From the NCBI GenBank assembly GCA_965153355.1, contig OZ231126.1, forward strand, positions 16,430,001-16,494,000: DNA of 64,000 nt. Direction: 5' to 3'. Under the pieces are notes generated by a model. That model did no database searches and had not been told where the DNA came from. It saw nothing but the letters and a program-made list of their open reading frames with translations. The stretch is from Flaccisagitta enflata (lineage: Eukaryota). Below are positions 33,511 through 50,528 of this stretch, one piece after another; the first letter of the stretch is position 1, and every line of letters starts with the position of its first letter. The position numbers were made by a program, and so were the translations under genes.

Positions 33511-35140
33511 CTCTCGATTGCCAGTCCCAATGTTCCACGATACAATCTTCTTTCTATCATGATATCGCCATCACCATTCTCAATCATGCAGTTAATACGG
33601 CGAAGCTACCACTCATTTATCATTACTATCGTTACGCCATTACTCTTAACCTTTTGCATCAATTACCATTTATGTCTAAATTGCATACGACCCATCGTCC
33701 ACCTTCTTAGGTCGAGGTGCAAACGAAGACAAAGTTTGATTTTCAGTCACAATGAATTGTTATATTTACCTATCCTAGTAAGTTTTAAGGTTTGAAATCA
33801 AAATTTTCATACTCCAGATTTCTTTAGGAATATTAGGAAATAATCACCAAACAATAAGTTTCTATTGTCTGTTCATAAAAACCAAAGTTAGTAAATTAAA
33901 CAAGAAAATTTCTCCTGAAAATGAGAGGAAAAGTTCATAAAGTTATTGGGTAAAATTATAATTCTGTTTTTAAATGCAAAATTTTGCATTTCTAAATACA
34001 TGGCCCTCATCTTTTAAATTTTGAGATAAACGTTATGTTTTTGAAAATGGTGATTTTTAAATCTCTATGCAAAGTTATAATTTTACCCAGAACATATAAG
34101 ATTGTGAAAGAAGATTTTTCTTAAAAATCCCTTTTTTCTGACCTTTATCATTACATTTCACAATTACTTTGGACACAGATATGGTTTTTAATGCAAAAAT
34201 AGTTTAAACATAAACTGATTATCATTTTTCATCAATAAAATATGCAAATTAACAATGTCTGTGATATTGCAAAAAATTGTGTTGACTGATCAAATTTTGT
34301 CTTCGATTGCACCCCGACTTAGCCATACATAGCCGAAAAGCTCTATTCCCCGCTTGTCCACCATCTAAGCCATTCATAGCTTAAAAGCTCCAATTCCCAC
34401 TGGTCCACCTTCTTAGCCATGCATACATAGCAAAAATGCTCCAGCCTCAAACCTTGTTGAATTACCCAACCTCCTCTTCCCTTTCAATTCCTTATCAGCT
34501 TTCTACAGCCGCGAACTTGTGTTTTGTTTGCTCAGTTTTGGCGCCCTGATGCGCGGATATGAAAAATGGTTATTGTCTCTTTAATGCCTTATTGGTTAAT
34601 GGTTGGATCTTCCGGGTTTTTTGTTCTTTTTTGTTAAAATTTGGTTTGGGGCTATTGCATTTCATGACTGAAGAGCTGTGGAAAAAGTGAGAGAGAGAGC
34701 TGTCAAAGTCAAAGTGAAAGGTGGTGTTTGCACGGAGATGAAATGCTGCTTCAGCAAAATTGCACTCGTTTACACGTTGGATTACAACATCACGCACGAT
34801 TTTCTTTTTCCAAGAAATTAGAATGACCTTCTAGCGTCAGATCAACAGCTGTATAGTTGAAGCACGCCATAACGGATGTAAAAAAAAACAAAACAAATTT
34901 TATCAACTTTCGATGGAAAAAGTTAAAGCATCAAATTTAGATTTTAAGTTTATTGATTATCTGCTTGAGGTTTTCGGTTGTTATAAATGTTTGGTATGAA
35001 GTATCCCATCGCAGTGCGGTCTAGGAGGCGTTGACAGAAGTATCTGGCATCAACATAAAGAACGGGAAAAGGTTCGCGAGCCACACGACGGTTGAGCCAC
35101 GAGGCAAAAGTTATTCAGTCATTGCATGATTATGTCCTTT

Positions 35141-35232
<92 letters not shown>

Positions 35233-35354
35233 TCTCTCTCTCTCTCATTTTCCATCAGGTTTTTTTTCTTTTCGTATTTTATCCGCTTCTGGCAAAATCT
35301 CCAGCAACTGAAGGATGGTAATGAGGTTTCTGAACGGTCAGCAATAACACAAGC

Positions 35355-35455
<101 letters not shown>

Positions 35456-35573
35456 TCGAAAAGGGAAACATAGAAAGGATAGAAAGAATGGTTGTCAAAG
35501 TTCGTTTCTCGACTGCAACAACAAACACAAACTTGCGCATACAAAAAATGTCAAAAACAGTCTCAGTCTCAGA

Positions 35574-35640
<67 letters not shown>

Positions 35641-35756
35641 CTGTCTCGTTTTGTACCCAGAGAACGGCACAAAAAAAATGAAAAAAAAAAAAACAATCCC
35701 CAAGGATAGGAAAGATGGCGGCCTGAGAGCGAAAGTCTCTCTCTGTCTTTCTTTCA

Positions 35757-35846
<90 letters not shown>

Positions 35847-36214
35847 ATGGAAGATTGGATTCGAGCGGCTCAAAAAAAAGAAAAAAAGAAAAAAAAAGAG
35901 CCAAATAAAAGAGGGCGGAACGCCATCATCATGTAAATGAGAACTTGAACTAAAACTCTCATTTGTCATCATATTTCCTTTTACTTTTGAACCGCACATG
36001 TGCCGGCATGTGTCGGCATGAGTCTTTGACATTCATTTGTCATCATTGTATCGAGGGAAAATTAATTTGTACCGGATCGTCGCACATCAGTTATGATTGA
36101 GGAAAGGTACAAACACGGACGGATAGACTAGCAAGAAAAATCCAGATTCTGATGACGCAGGGAGATAAAGAGACGGCGCTGACGAGTCAAGCAGGGATAA
36201 GAGAAGATCAACCT

Positions 36215-36401
<187 letters not shown>

Positions 36402-36699
36402 AAACACACAAACACACAAACATTGGCCTGAGGGTCAATTGGAGTTAATACAATATGTAAGAGAGAGAACAAGCGCCTCATTAGTTCAAAACAGTGGGGC
36501 AACGGCCTCAATGCTGAGTTGGACATTTTTTTGCTTGACGGAACAAGGGCGGGTACACGACTTGGGTCAGTCGCGTGTGTTTGGGCAGGGACTTTTATAC
36601 TCAATCCAGTCGCGGACGGTTGGGCAGAAGCAGTAATGCAGCGACTTTTATACTTAAAAGACAACTTTTTGACGATTTTCTCCTCGTCAAGTCTTAATG

Positions 36700-36915
36700 A
36701 AACAAGGCCGGGTACACGGCTACCCCAGTTGCGTGCGGGTGGGCAGGGGCTGAATTTGATGTCACTTGACATTTGGGCAGCAGCAGTGAGGCAAAGACCG
36801 CAAAAACCAAAGAAAAAATAAAGAGAGATGGACCGATGGACGGACGGACGGACCAACAGACGGACGAACGGACCGACAAAACAGGGTGTAGAGTCGCGTA
36901 GCACGCGACTAAAAA
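36700..36915 (-). mobile_element. Family A HINE-like element
   Basis: Both family A ends present in reverse orientation. Confidence 0.75.
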
Positions 36916-36955
36916 GACGCGCTGCATGGATGAAACCATCTACCTTCTCACCAAA

Positions 36956-37244
36956 AACAAGCCCGACCGGGCAACGATGCGTCCGGGCAGTGTTTCTGTG
37001 TGTATTGATCATGTGACATATATGGAGAAACAGATAGACGAACAGACAGGTGAAACGACTAAGTAGTAAAAGAGGCTCTCAAAACATGTTGGTTGATCGT
37101 TTGTTTCATTCTAGGATCTGGCAAAAAAACAGCTGAGAAACGCGGTATTTTGCACTTGCGTAACGGACATACCGACGGACGGACGGACAGACGGACAGAC
37201 AAACCCTCTTATAGAGATGCATTCCTGACGGACGCATCTAAAAA
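36956..37244 (-). mobile_element. HINE-like element family E
   Basis: AAACAAGCCCGACCGGGCAACGATGCGTCC ... AGAGATGC..GACGCATCTAAAA; reverse of the ends at 37651-38190. Confidence 0.6.
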
Positions 37245-37650
37245 TTAGAGAAAAGCAGATCGAATGTTACGCGATTGATTCAAAATTAGAGAAAAACAGA
37301 TTGAATGTGACGTGATTGTTGAGCTAGAGCAATTCTACCTACATTTGAGATGAAGCATCATTTCATTCTTTTACTCCTAATTGAATCAGTCTATAGTTAA
37401 AAGTTAAGTTCCATTTTGAAACAATTTCTTTAGGGTCAACACTAAAGTTAATGCCTATTGGTGTGAATGTAGTTAAAACCTACACACACAGACCGACAGC
37501 CTTCCTAAGCGCACAATGCAACGGCGAGACAGACTAGCTTAGCAAAAGCAGCGTTAAGCTTAGTGCACTGCTGACTAGACACATGATTGGTCGTGAATTT
37601 CAGAGCGTTAACGTAAGGGCCTGACTTAAAGTACTTGGCTCTTGTCCTTG

Positions 37651-38190
37651 TTAGATGCGTCCTCGCATCTCTATAAGAGGGTCTGTCCGTCCGTCCGTCC
37701 GTCCGTCCGTCCGTCCGTCCGTCCGTCCGTCCGTCCGTCTGTCCGTCTGTCCGTCCGTCCGTCCGTCCGTCCGTCGTCCGTCCGTCCGTCTGTCCGTCTG
37801 TCCGTCCGTCCGTCCGTCCGTCCGTCCGTCCGTCCGTCCGTCCGTCCGTCCATCCGTCCGTCCATCCGACCGTCCGTCCGCCCGTCCGTCCGTCCATCCG
37901 TCCGTCCGCCCGTCCGTCCGTCCGTCCGTCCGTCCGTCCGTCCGTCCGTCCGTCCGTTACGACTATTGAAAAATCGCGTTTCTCAGTTTTTGGCCACGGC
38001 GAGATCATATACTGAATTAAACGATCGATATACGTGCTTTGAGAGACTTCTTTGACTCTTATGTCAGACATTCCAGCAGTTTGTCTATCTGTTAAGTCTG
38101 TTCATCCATCTGTCTAACACAATCAGCGCGAATTTCGCTCCACGTAAGGAGACAATCAGGACGCATCGTTGCCCTGTCGGGCTGGTTTTT
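37651..38190 (+). mobile_element. HINE-like element family E with an expanded (GTCC)n array
   Basis: TTAGATGCGTCCTCGCATCT hairpin, ~275 bp (GTCC)n, 3' GGACGCATC plus GCCC..GGGC hairpin, T-rich end. Confidence 0.7.
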
Positions 38191-38317
38191 AACACCAAAA
38201 CAGTGGACAATCGATGCAAATACAGGAAAAAACGCCAAACAGACGGCCGAAAATGTTGTTCTCACACAGAAGATAAGAAGGAAAACACCATCGTGGCCTC
38301 GTGAACAAATAAGACAT

Positions 38318-38729
<412 letters not shown>

Positions 38730-39116
38730 AATGAGGTTTTACTGCACAAAAGTTTTGACAACTAATGGAAATCGCTCAATTTGCATGATTCATGTTTCAT
38801 GTTTCATTTTGGCTTTGAGCGTGGGCGCCGCGGTTCTTCCCGATCCGAAAGGTCGCCCATGGGTGTAGAGTTGTGAAATTGAAGTAACAGGAACATTGTA
38901 AGATAAAAATTCCATTTGGTATTGGAGATTCAACAGCTGCAGGCAATCGGCATGGAGGGAGCCATAGCGGCACATCCAGGTGTTTGACATTCATTTTTAC
39001 ATTAGACCAGCCGTATTGGTAAATCCATTGGTAGGCATTAAACATATCAATATTCAACAAAGGGGATATTAAACAGGTGGTCCACATATTCAGGTATAAT
39101 CGGGCCAGCATTCATT

Positions 39117-41058
<1,942 letters not shown>

Positions 41059-41112
41059 CTGAAAGAGAGAGTGAAAGAGTGAAAGAGAGACAGACAGACA
41101 GACAGAGACAGT

Positions 41113-41234
<122 letters not shown>

Positions 41235-41770
41235 CAGACAGACAGACAGACAGACAGAAAGACAGACAGACAGTGAGACAGACAGAGACAGACAGAGACA
41301 GACAGACACAAACAGTGGAAGTGATATTCAGATAGACAGACGGACAGACACAGACAGAAAGAAAGGGTGAAAGAGAAATTGAGAGCAGTATGCAGTATAG
41401 AGACGGAAATCGGAAACCGGATATTCTCTGAAGAGCGGAGGAAACTTTTCTTGTCCGTCACATTGCAGTGAATCGTGAATAAGCATTAAGCCACTCGGAT
41501 GGTTGTGGCAGTAGTAGAGTGATGGTGGCGTCGTTTGGGGGTCGGTAGAGGCGATGGTACTGGTGATGGTAGTGGCAGTGGTGAAGTGATGGTAGATGGT
41601 AATGGTGGGGTTGATGATGGTGGTGATAGTAGCGAAGGTGCAGTGGAGAATGCAAAAGTGATGCCACCGTTGATAGTAATGGATGCGGGGCTGATGGTAG
41701 AGTTCGATTGGACCCGAAGTAGTTTTGAAATTAAATAGTTATTAGTTAACTACCTTTCACCTGAGTGGTA

Positions 41771-42380
41771 CTATCTAGGAAATAAATATACGGACACCTA
41801 ACCATGATTATAGCAGCTAAACTTTAATATCCAATAAAACAATAAAAGCAGATCCATTAACTATGACAAAAAATCTTCCATTAAAGAACGAGCAGAGTTT
41901 GGTAGCTCAATCCGTTTCCAAATTAAGGCGTTTTGAAGAAAAACCGTCATTTTATCAAAATCTAATTTTGAGGTTTTCAGTTCAAATCTTCAAAGGACAA
42001 TTTACATTGAAATAGCTCTCAAATCTAAATGGGTCGAGCAAAATCATTCTGCTTGTTCTCAATAGATCACATTTTCGACAATTTTTTTATTGTTTAAAAA
42101 ATTGAGGACTGCAGTCAATCATAATGCTCTAGAATTATCTAGTAATAAAAGAAAATAAAACTGATTCTTCAATTTTTTCGTTGCTTTTTAAGAGGCAAAG
42201 GATACACTGATTCAAGTTGAAAAATCATAGGCCAATCCCGTAATAAATCAGAACAGAAGCTCTTGATAGATCAAAATACCAGATAATGACTAAAAATTTA
42301 ATCATTTGGGCATATACTTCATTCAGTGATTGAAAAGGCTAACTCTTCTCCTGCTGTCCGTATATTCATTTCCTAGGTAG
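41771..42380. mobile_element. MITE with ~26-bp TIRs
   Basis: CTATCTAGGAAATAAATATACGGACA / TGTCCGTATATTCATTTCCTAGGTAG. Confidence 0.55.
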
Positions 42381-42572
42381 GGGTGTATCTCCCCACAGCT
42401 AAAGCGCCCAATAGCTAAAATTTTTTCTTTACAGATTGACCCCAGAGCTAAAATATTTTTTTAGCTTTGCAGCCAATTTTAAAAGATTTTATGTCTAAAG
42501 ATATTGTCAGAAAAAGTGGTCTAACTTCTAAAATTTTTTATCAGTGATTGGCCTAAGTTCTAAAAAAAAAAA

Positions 42573-43065
42573 GAGGCCTGTATATTATTGAGTTTCCCCT
42601 CCCCATGGTAGGGGGGAAAAATCAAAGGGTCTGCACACTCAACAGATCCACAAAGTTAAATAAGAGGCCGAAAGAAATCTAGCAAAGGAAATCTACCTAA
42701 ATTTTGCATAAATCGAAGTAAAAAAGGCTTAGGTAAAACAGAACACCAAAACCTTTCCGTCATTGGAGTATTATGCGCTTAAAAAACTACTTCGCCAAAA
42801 CAGCCAAAAAGATCAAGTGTGTCTGGAGATAGGGAAGGAAATCAAAGGGGGAAAAAAGAGAGAAAAAAGGAATTTTTGGGAAAATATAACAGTACCAAAT
42901 CATAAAACACAATTTAACACTATTTAAACCCTAACTACATTGTTTTATTGCTATATGGGAAAGAAAATCATAGATATAAAAATGCGACGCGACACATCGC
43001 AGGGAAGAAAATTAATGCCATTGGGGGGGGAAAAATCAAAAGTGACTCAATGATATACACCCCTG
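42573..43065 (-). mobile_element. Family D hAT-like MITE
   Basis: AGGCCTGTATATTATTGAGT ... ACTCAATGATATACACCCCTG. Confidence 0.65.
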
Positions 43066-45030
43066 GATAAAGATAAAAGGGAACAAATTAGGTGTAAAGC
43101 CACATTTAAAACAATGCACAAATCAATTCTCATCCTTTTACACATGTTTTATTTGCTGATATTATACTTCAAATATATGGTACAGTTGGACTTCACTACA
43201 TGACTATGCAAATTCATGCCTTTTAGTGAAGCTGCTCTACAAGGCCGTATATGGGCTACCAAAGTCGCGTGCAGGTTGGCAGGGGCAGTGGTAAAAAGGT
43301 TATTTAAGCAATTTGGCAGGAGCAATAACGCAAAAACCGTCTATAAACGCCAAAAAAAATTAATGCAAACGGACCGACCAATCAACCAACAGACCAGCCG
43401 ACCAACTGACATAGGGGGTCATAGATTTGTTTAGCACATGCCTTAGAATTTAAAAAAACTCATAAAGAACAGCAACTAGTATACCTTGTAGGTGGGCAAG
43501 CCTTGATAGCAGGTGCACAACAGTTCTCAAATGTATCAATAAACAATAATTTGCAAATGAACTTTATTTAAATCTACTATTGCTTGTGCATGCTTTACCA
43601 TCTACTGCCCTTTCTGATTTCATATGTGTTTTTATTGCGCACCAGTGACTATCAAAGGCTTTGTCCTCTTGTTTGTCTGTTGCTCCCTTGGTTGATCAAT
43701 CGATCCATCTCTGTTCCTCATATCTGTTTCTCATATCTGTTTCTGTTATCTGTTTTTCAAATGTTTCTCAATGCCTTCCTCTTTAAACATTAGGCGCTTA
43801 CTTTTTAGATGTTAGGTGCACTTAGATTTTCAAACCATGCCAATACTTTTAGTTCTAAATTGGCCTCATGTCTAAACATTTTTTTTAGAAGTCAGGTCAT
43901 TTATCTCTGTTTCTTATAACTGTTTTTTATATCTGTTTCTCAATGCCTTCCTGTTTTTTAGACATCAGGCGCTTACTTTTTAGCTGTTGGGCGCATTTAG
44001 ATTTTCAAAACATGCCAATGCTTTTAGTTTCAAATTAGCCTCAAGTCTAAAATTTTTTTTAGCTCTCAGGCCAAAATCATTTTTAGACATCAGGCCACTG
44101 GAAAAATTTAGCTTTCAGGCGCTTACCCCACCACCAATACTACCTAGGGGGGGAAGCGCCTGAAAGCTAAATCATTCCAGTGGCCTGATGTCTTAAAATG
44201 ATTTTGGCCTGACTTCTAAAAAAAATGTTTAGACATGAGGCCAATTTAAAACTAAAAGCATTGGCATGTTTTGAAAATCTAAATGCGCCCAACAGCTAAA
44301 AAGTAAGCGCCTGATGTCTAAAAAACAGGAAGGCATTGAGAAACAGATATAAAAAAACAGTTATAAGAAACAGAGATAAATGGATTGATAGACCAATGGA
44401 GCAACAGACCAATAAAAGGACAAAGTGTCTGATGATCATTAGTCTGCAATAAAAACATAACAAATCATAAAGTGCAGTGGATGGTAGAGCATGCATGAGC
44501 AATACTAAATTAAGATAAAGTCACATTGCAAATGGAATATATAATTGATTACTGTTTATTGATATACAGTATGTTTTTGTAATGCAACATATCTCTGCTT
44601 CTAAGCATCATAGCAAAATACAGATTGCACCATTGGATAGAGCATGATTGACTTTTTTTTTTCTTTTTTTTTGCTATTAAAATGCATCATATTATATCTC
44701 TACTACAATGCCAGTAAATACCTTGATGTCTGCAACATCTTGAAAATAGCTGTCTGATTCTCCCTCTTTAGAAAATGAAAAGATTCAAATAATTGAATGA
44801 TAAATGTTCAAAGGGCTTTCCTGTGATTTTCTGCCATAAAAACATGCCAGTCTATAATGTATACTAGTTGCTGTTCTTAAAGAGACTTTGTAATCTTTTT
44901 TTTAAATTAAAACAGAGGCAGCTTCACTAAAACGCATAAAATTGCAGAGTCCCTTGAAATACCCTCTAGTTAAGCCCAACTGTACTGTATATTTAAACAA
45001 AAGTATCAGCAAAAAAAAATATGTGTATAA

Positions 45031-46483
45031 CAGACGTTCTTTTATGCCCCCATATTCATGGCAGTGGCCGGGTTCGCGATCAAATTGGTACTTTGTGGTA
45101 TTAAAAAGCAATTTCAGGTCTTGTTGAGGATTTTCTACCTTCCCTGGAGTAACGGTTTTAGTTTTACTACCATGGGTAATAAGTGGTTGTTGGGAAAATG
45201 TTCAATTTTGGTCACTTTGGCCTCAAATTTAGGCCACTTTGCCTTTGAAATCGAACCTAAAATCCATGAGATTATTAAACTAAAGCTCAAGAGCTAACCA
45301 GTGGTGCAATCCACATATTTTTATCTTTTTTCGTTTAGATTTGAGAGGGTTTTAAAGATGGGGCTTGAGAGGTTTTTTTTTGCAGCATGAAATCTGGGGG
45401 TAGTTTGGACATTTTTCACGTTTTTCACTATACTGCAGCTTTGGATTGACAAATCTCTAAAAAATTGGTGACCAAATTGAAGAGTTTTTGATGCTCTAAC
45501 TGATTCTGGAAAAAATTTTGATCGATATGGATGCAGAAAAAATTCATTTACTCTCAAAGATGGTGAAAAAAGTCAAATTTTATTGTCATTTAGGCTATTT
45601 CTCTTTGAAAAATTAGGCCACTTCCAAACTGAAAACTGATTGAAAATTCATGAGCAAATCAAACTACTGCTCAAAAGCAATTCAGGGGTGCAATCAGCAT
45701 GTTTAGATGTTGCTGCGCATAGATTTTACAGAACTTCAGAGATACAAGAGTATAGTCAAATGATGATTTTTCATACCCCTGTATCTTTGTAGTTCTGTAA
45801 AAATTGAATGCAGCAACATCTGAACATGCCAATTGCACCACTGATTAGCTCTTGAGCAGCAGTTTGATTTGCTCATGAATTTTAAGTCAATTTTCAGTTT
45901 GGAAGTGGCCTAATTTTTCAAAAAGAAGTAGCCTAAATGACGTTAAGATTTGACTTTTTTCACCTGCTTTGAGAGTTAATAAAATTTTTCTGAGGCCATA
46001 TCGATCAAAAATCTTTCCGGAATCAGTTGGAGCATCAAAAACTCTTCAATTTGGTCACCAATTTTTTAAAGATTTGTTAATCCAATGCTGCGATATCGTG
46101 AAAAACGTGAAAATTGTCAAATTTTCCCCTAAATTTCATGATGCAAAAAAACGCTCACAAGCCCCATCTTTAAAACCCTTTAAAATCTAAACGAAAAAAG
46201 ATAAAAACATGTGGATTGCACCACTGGTTAGCTCTCGAGCTCTAGTTTATTAATCTCATGGATTTTAGGTTCGATTTCAAAGGCAATATGGCCTAAATTT
46301 GAGGCCAAAGTGACCAAAATTGGACATTTTCCCAACACCCATGGTAGTATAACCAAAACCGCTACTCCAGGGAAGGTAGAAAATCCTCAACAAGACCTGA
46401 AATTGCTTTTTAATACCACAAAGTACCAATTTGATCGCGAACAAAGCCACTGCCATGAATATGGGGGCATAACAGAACGTCTG
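45031..46483. mobile_element. 1453-bp almost wholly palindromic non-autonomous element with 8-bp TSD (hAT-like)
   Basis: CAGACGTTCT..ATGCCCCCATATTCATGGCAGTGGC / reverse complement; perfect GTGTATAA duplication at 45023-45030 and 46484-46491. Confidence 0.88.
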
Positions 46484-47518
46484 GTGTATAAGGATGAGAC
46501 CTGATTTGTGTATGGTTTCAAATGGGGCCTTAAACCTTTTCCATTCCCTTTTATCATTCTCTTCCTTACTCTTTTTTTAGAACTTGGGCCAATCACTGAT
46601 AAAATTTTAGAAGTTAGGCCACTTTTTCTGACAAAATCTTTAAATATAAAATGCTTCAAAATTGGCTGCAGAGCTAAAAAAATATTTTAGCTCTCAGGCC
46701 AATCTGTCATGAAAAAATTTTAGCTGTTGGGCGCTTTAGCTGTGGGGAGATACACCCTTGGTGGTGATGTTGGTTGCGTCGGTGATAGCCGAGGAGGTCG
46801 CAGTAGTGTTTACTGATACGTAGAGTGGAGCTGATGGTGGCTGGGACGGTGCCGGATAATAATGCTCAGTTGATTATGCTGTCTGTCACGAGAAAAAGTT
46901 ATGGCAGCTGTCAGTTGTAAACATGGCCAAGCATTGTCAAAATGCTCGATTATAAACTAGAATAAAAAGTGCCTTCAATGATGACACTCCAGCGTCTCCA
47001 TTATCGACTTGGTGAACAAAAGCGAATTCATATGTTCTGACAATTTCGTCTATTGACTATTATTTTGTTCCTCGGTCAGTCGGTCCGTCTCTAGAGAGTC
47101 TCTAGTAGAGACGTCTGCTACCAATTTCGTTTGTAGGCATGCCAACCGCATGAGTGGGTCTTTCTACCACGGTTTCATGTCATTGTTGCTCGTGCAAGAA
47201 TCATTTTTGCACTTCAACTCTCTGGTGGGGCGAACTAACCGAATCCCCGTCTATGTCTTTGTCATTGTGACAGACGCAGAGACAGTCAGATCAGGTTCTG
47301 ACCGCATAGATGAGAGAATCTATCTGAAAACGAAACAGAGCGAGTTTTTTTAAAGCTAGGAAAAACCTAGGATATTGCTTGACAATTCTCAATAAGATGC
47401 CAATCATTCTCTTGAATAGATGGGTATGGGATAGTTCAATTTTCTCCAGCCTCGTTCGTGAGCGTCCTACAGAACAGTGGAAAGTTTTTCCCATTCTTTT
47501 CCACACATGTCCATGTCG

Positions 47519-47708
<190 letters not shown>

Positions 47709-48166
47709 GACAGACAGAGACAGATGGAGACAGCCAGATAGTGAGGCAAAAAGACAAAAACAATAGCAAAAAAAAACAAAAGAAAAAAAAAAAGAACAAA
47801 GCCGGATACACAGGCTAAAAAAGTGTGCCTGGCATTATCGATTCTGACTTATCCGTAGCTTTATGCCACTTGCCCTATCCCGAGCTCTATGAGACCTATT
47901 TCAAAGATCAATGTGATGATGGTGATGATGGTGATGGTGATGAACAAAATTGAAGAGCAAGATGAGATTTAAGTGATTTCAAACATTTTTATGCGAGTTT
48001 TTATTAAAGCATGACTGACCGACGGACAGACGGATGGACGGGCCGATGGATGGTTGGAAAGAACCTCTATTAGAGGTGCGTTGGCGCACCTAAGAAGGAA
48101 AAGAGAAAAATAACAAGAAAGATTGGAACTGGAAGAATCGAGGCGCGAGGAACAACGTTCAGAGGC

Positions 48167-48370
48167 AACAAGGCCAGATACACGGCTACCGAAGTCGCGT
48201 GCGGGTGGGCAGGGCCCATATTTGAGGTCACCAGATCATTTGGGCAGGAGCAGTGAGGTCAAACAAATAAAATCATAAAAAAAGGTAAAGTGTGACAGAC
48301 CAACCGACCGACCGACCGACCGACCGACGGACAAAGCGGGTTGTAGAGTCGCGTGCACGCGACTAAAAAA
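48167..48370 (-). mobile_element. Family A HINE-like element
   Basis: Both ends present; very similar to 60246-60430. Confidence 0.75.
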
Positions 48371-49659
48371 AAAGCACTTTCAACAACAAAGAAACAATTT
48401 CGGTGGTACTGAGAGACAAGCAAAGTTATTGGTATTGGTTTAGAAACGAGGAGTTGAAATAGTGTCGATATTCAAACAAATGCAAAAAGAAGGAATGAAG
48501 ATGGCTCTCGCGTAAAAAGTCGTCAAAAAAGCAGACCGACAGAAGCGGGATAGAGGACTAGAGCAATTTGAGACTGAAAGGCGCATCAAAACCGAAAGTG
48601 GACAAAAATAACTTTCTATAACGGCCTCTCAGGATCTCCACCAGGGCTTCACCCATCTCGCACTCAGATATTCATAGGCCATCCAAAAGTCCTGAGGCTC
48701 GTGAAGTGCGGTGGATGGACCGGCGCGGTTTTAAGTTTCACTAACGCATTATGTTAGTCGGAACAAAACACGAAACTCTTCCATTCTACCACTCAAAGGA
48801 AATCAAGACCCGGCCGAGGCCATGATATGGAAACTAGTTTTACTCACTGAATTGAGATGGGTTCCAGATCCCAAAACCTCATCTTTCTTTTCTCTCTCTT
48901 TCACTATCGTTGCAGACCAATTTGTACTCCATCAGGTTCTCTCTCTCTCTTTTTAGTAGCGGACACGTAACTCTTTAAGATAAAGAGCCTTTGTCTGTCC
49001 GTCGGTCCGTCCATCCATCTGTTCATCCATCCCTCCGTCGGTCACGCTAGAGTCGAAAGTGCGAAAACGCGCATTCATGTAGTTGCAGTTGTGATTGTCT
49101 GTGTGGTTGTTTGAGGGGGCGGTAGGGGGTGTGGATTGGGGATGTATGCCCCTGCCCACCCGTCTACAACGAAATTGTGACCCCGCTATACATGTTCTTT
49201 ATCAAACTGCGAAAGGATGGTAAGAGAGGGAATTTGATATCTGCTTGGAATTGGTTTGTGAGGCATAAGAATAGGCATATAGGCACAGGCACAGGCATAG
49301 GCTTAGGCCTAGGCATCAGCTGAAATCCAACTCAAAACGACCCTCAAGTAATGATAATCTGATGAGAACAAGTATGTCAACATCTGCGCCCAATGAATCG
49401 TCTGTCCAATTGTTACCATTGACTTACTAAACCACAGGCGGATGGAAGGAGGGACAGATGGACTATACTTCTATCTCTGATTTTCTTTCATTATGTCATT
49501 TTCTTTTTTGTTTTCGGCCCCTCATTCCAGTTTATCTCAATTCTTTCTTTCATTCATTTTCTCTTTCTTTTTTTCTTTCGTTCTTTCATTCTTTCTTTCT
49601 TTCTTTCTTTTTCTTTCTCCATTATGCCTTACACTGTGTGTGAGCGTGTGTCTGTGTTT

Positions 49660-49734
<75 letters not shown>

Positions 49735-49768
49735 CTCTTTCTTTCTCTTTTATTCTCTCTTCCTGATG

Positions 49769-49829
<61 letters not shown>

Positions 49830-50151
49830 GCTGCCAGCCAAATTTCTCCACTGAACTTAGTTTTTATGGTCGTCTGGCATCAACTATGAATCCGCTTGGC
49901 CAACAAAAAAAGCTATCGCAGAAAGAGGCGCATAATAATAATCTGCCTCTCTCTCTCTCTCTCTGTTGCCATTTCTTTTTTATTCTTTTTTTTTCTACTT
50001 TTCCTCTTTGATAACTTTTTCCACATTTTTTTTTATTTCTATGTCGTTCATCCCATATTTATTCTGGTCATCACTCTTAAATCGCCTTCACTTCGGCCTC
50101 CCGCTTGCACGCGACTGTATTGACGTGTCCATCGGTTGGTCCGTTATGCAA

Positions 50152-50528
50152 TTTTTTAGTCGCGTGCACGCGACTCTACACCCCGCTTTGTCGGTCCGTC
50201 GGTCCGTCCGTCACACTTTACTTTTTTGTAATATAACGTCGATTCTTAGGTCATTTTAAGTCCTTTTTAGTCATTAATAGTTATTCTAAGTCATTTTGAG
50301 TCATTCTAAGTTATTTTAAGTCATTCTAAGTCATTTTAAGTTATTTTAAGTCATTTTTGGTCATTAGGTTTTTTAGGCATTTTAAGTCCTTTTTGGACAT
50401 TTTAAGACATTCTAAGTCATTCTAAGTCACTCTAAGTTATTCTAAGTCATTCTAAGTCATACTAAGTTATTCTAAGTCATTCTTACCCTGTAAATCTTGC
50501 ACGCGACTTATAGGTGTTGGCCTTGTTT
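50152..50528 (+). mobile_element. Family A-related HINE with an internal 10-bp array (TAAGTCATTC)n
   Basis: TAGTCGCGTGCACGCGACTCT 5' end, array at ~50247-50483, GCACGCGACT..GGCCTTGTTT 3' end. Confidence 0.75.

Larger units (their letters stand above)
42378..46760. mobile_element. Large fold-back element (~4.4 kb including nested insertions)
   Basis: Termini GGGTGTATCTCCCCACAGCTAAAGCGCCCAA / TTGGGCGCTTTAGCTGTGGGGAGATACACCC; arms stay alignable inward to a centre near 44140. Confidence 0.75.

Noticed and set aside
32346-33795. Long ORFs or a CRISPR-like array in the 11-bp minisatellite
   Set aside because: Contiguous tandem units without unique spacers; frames are open because the unit lacks stops; eukaryotic context.
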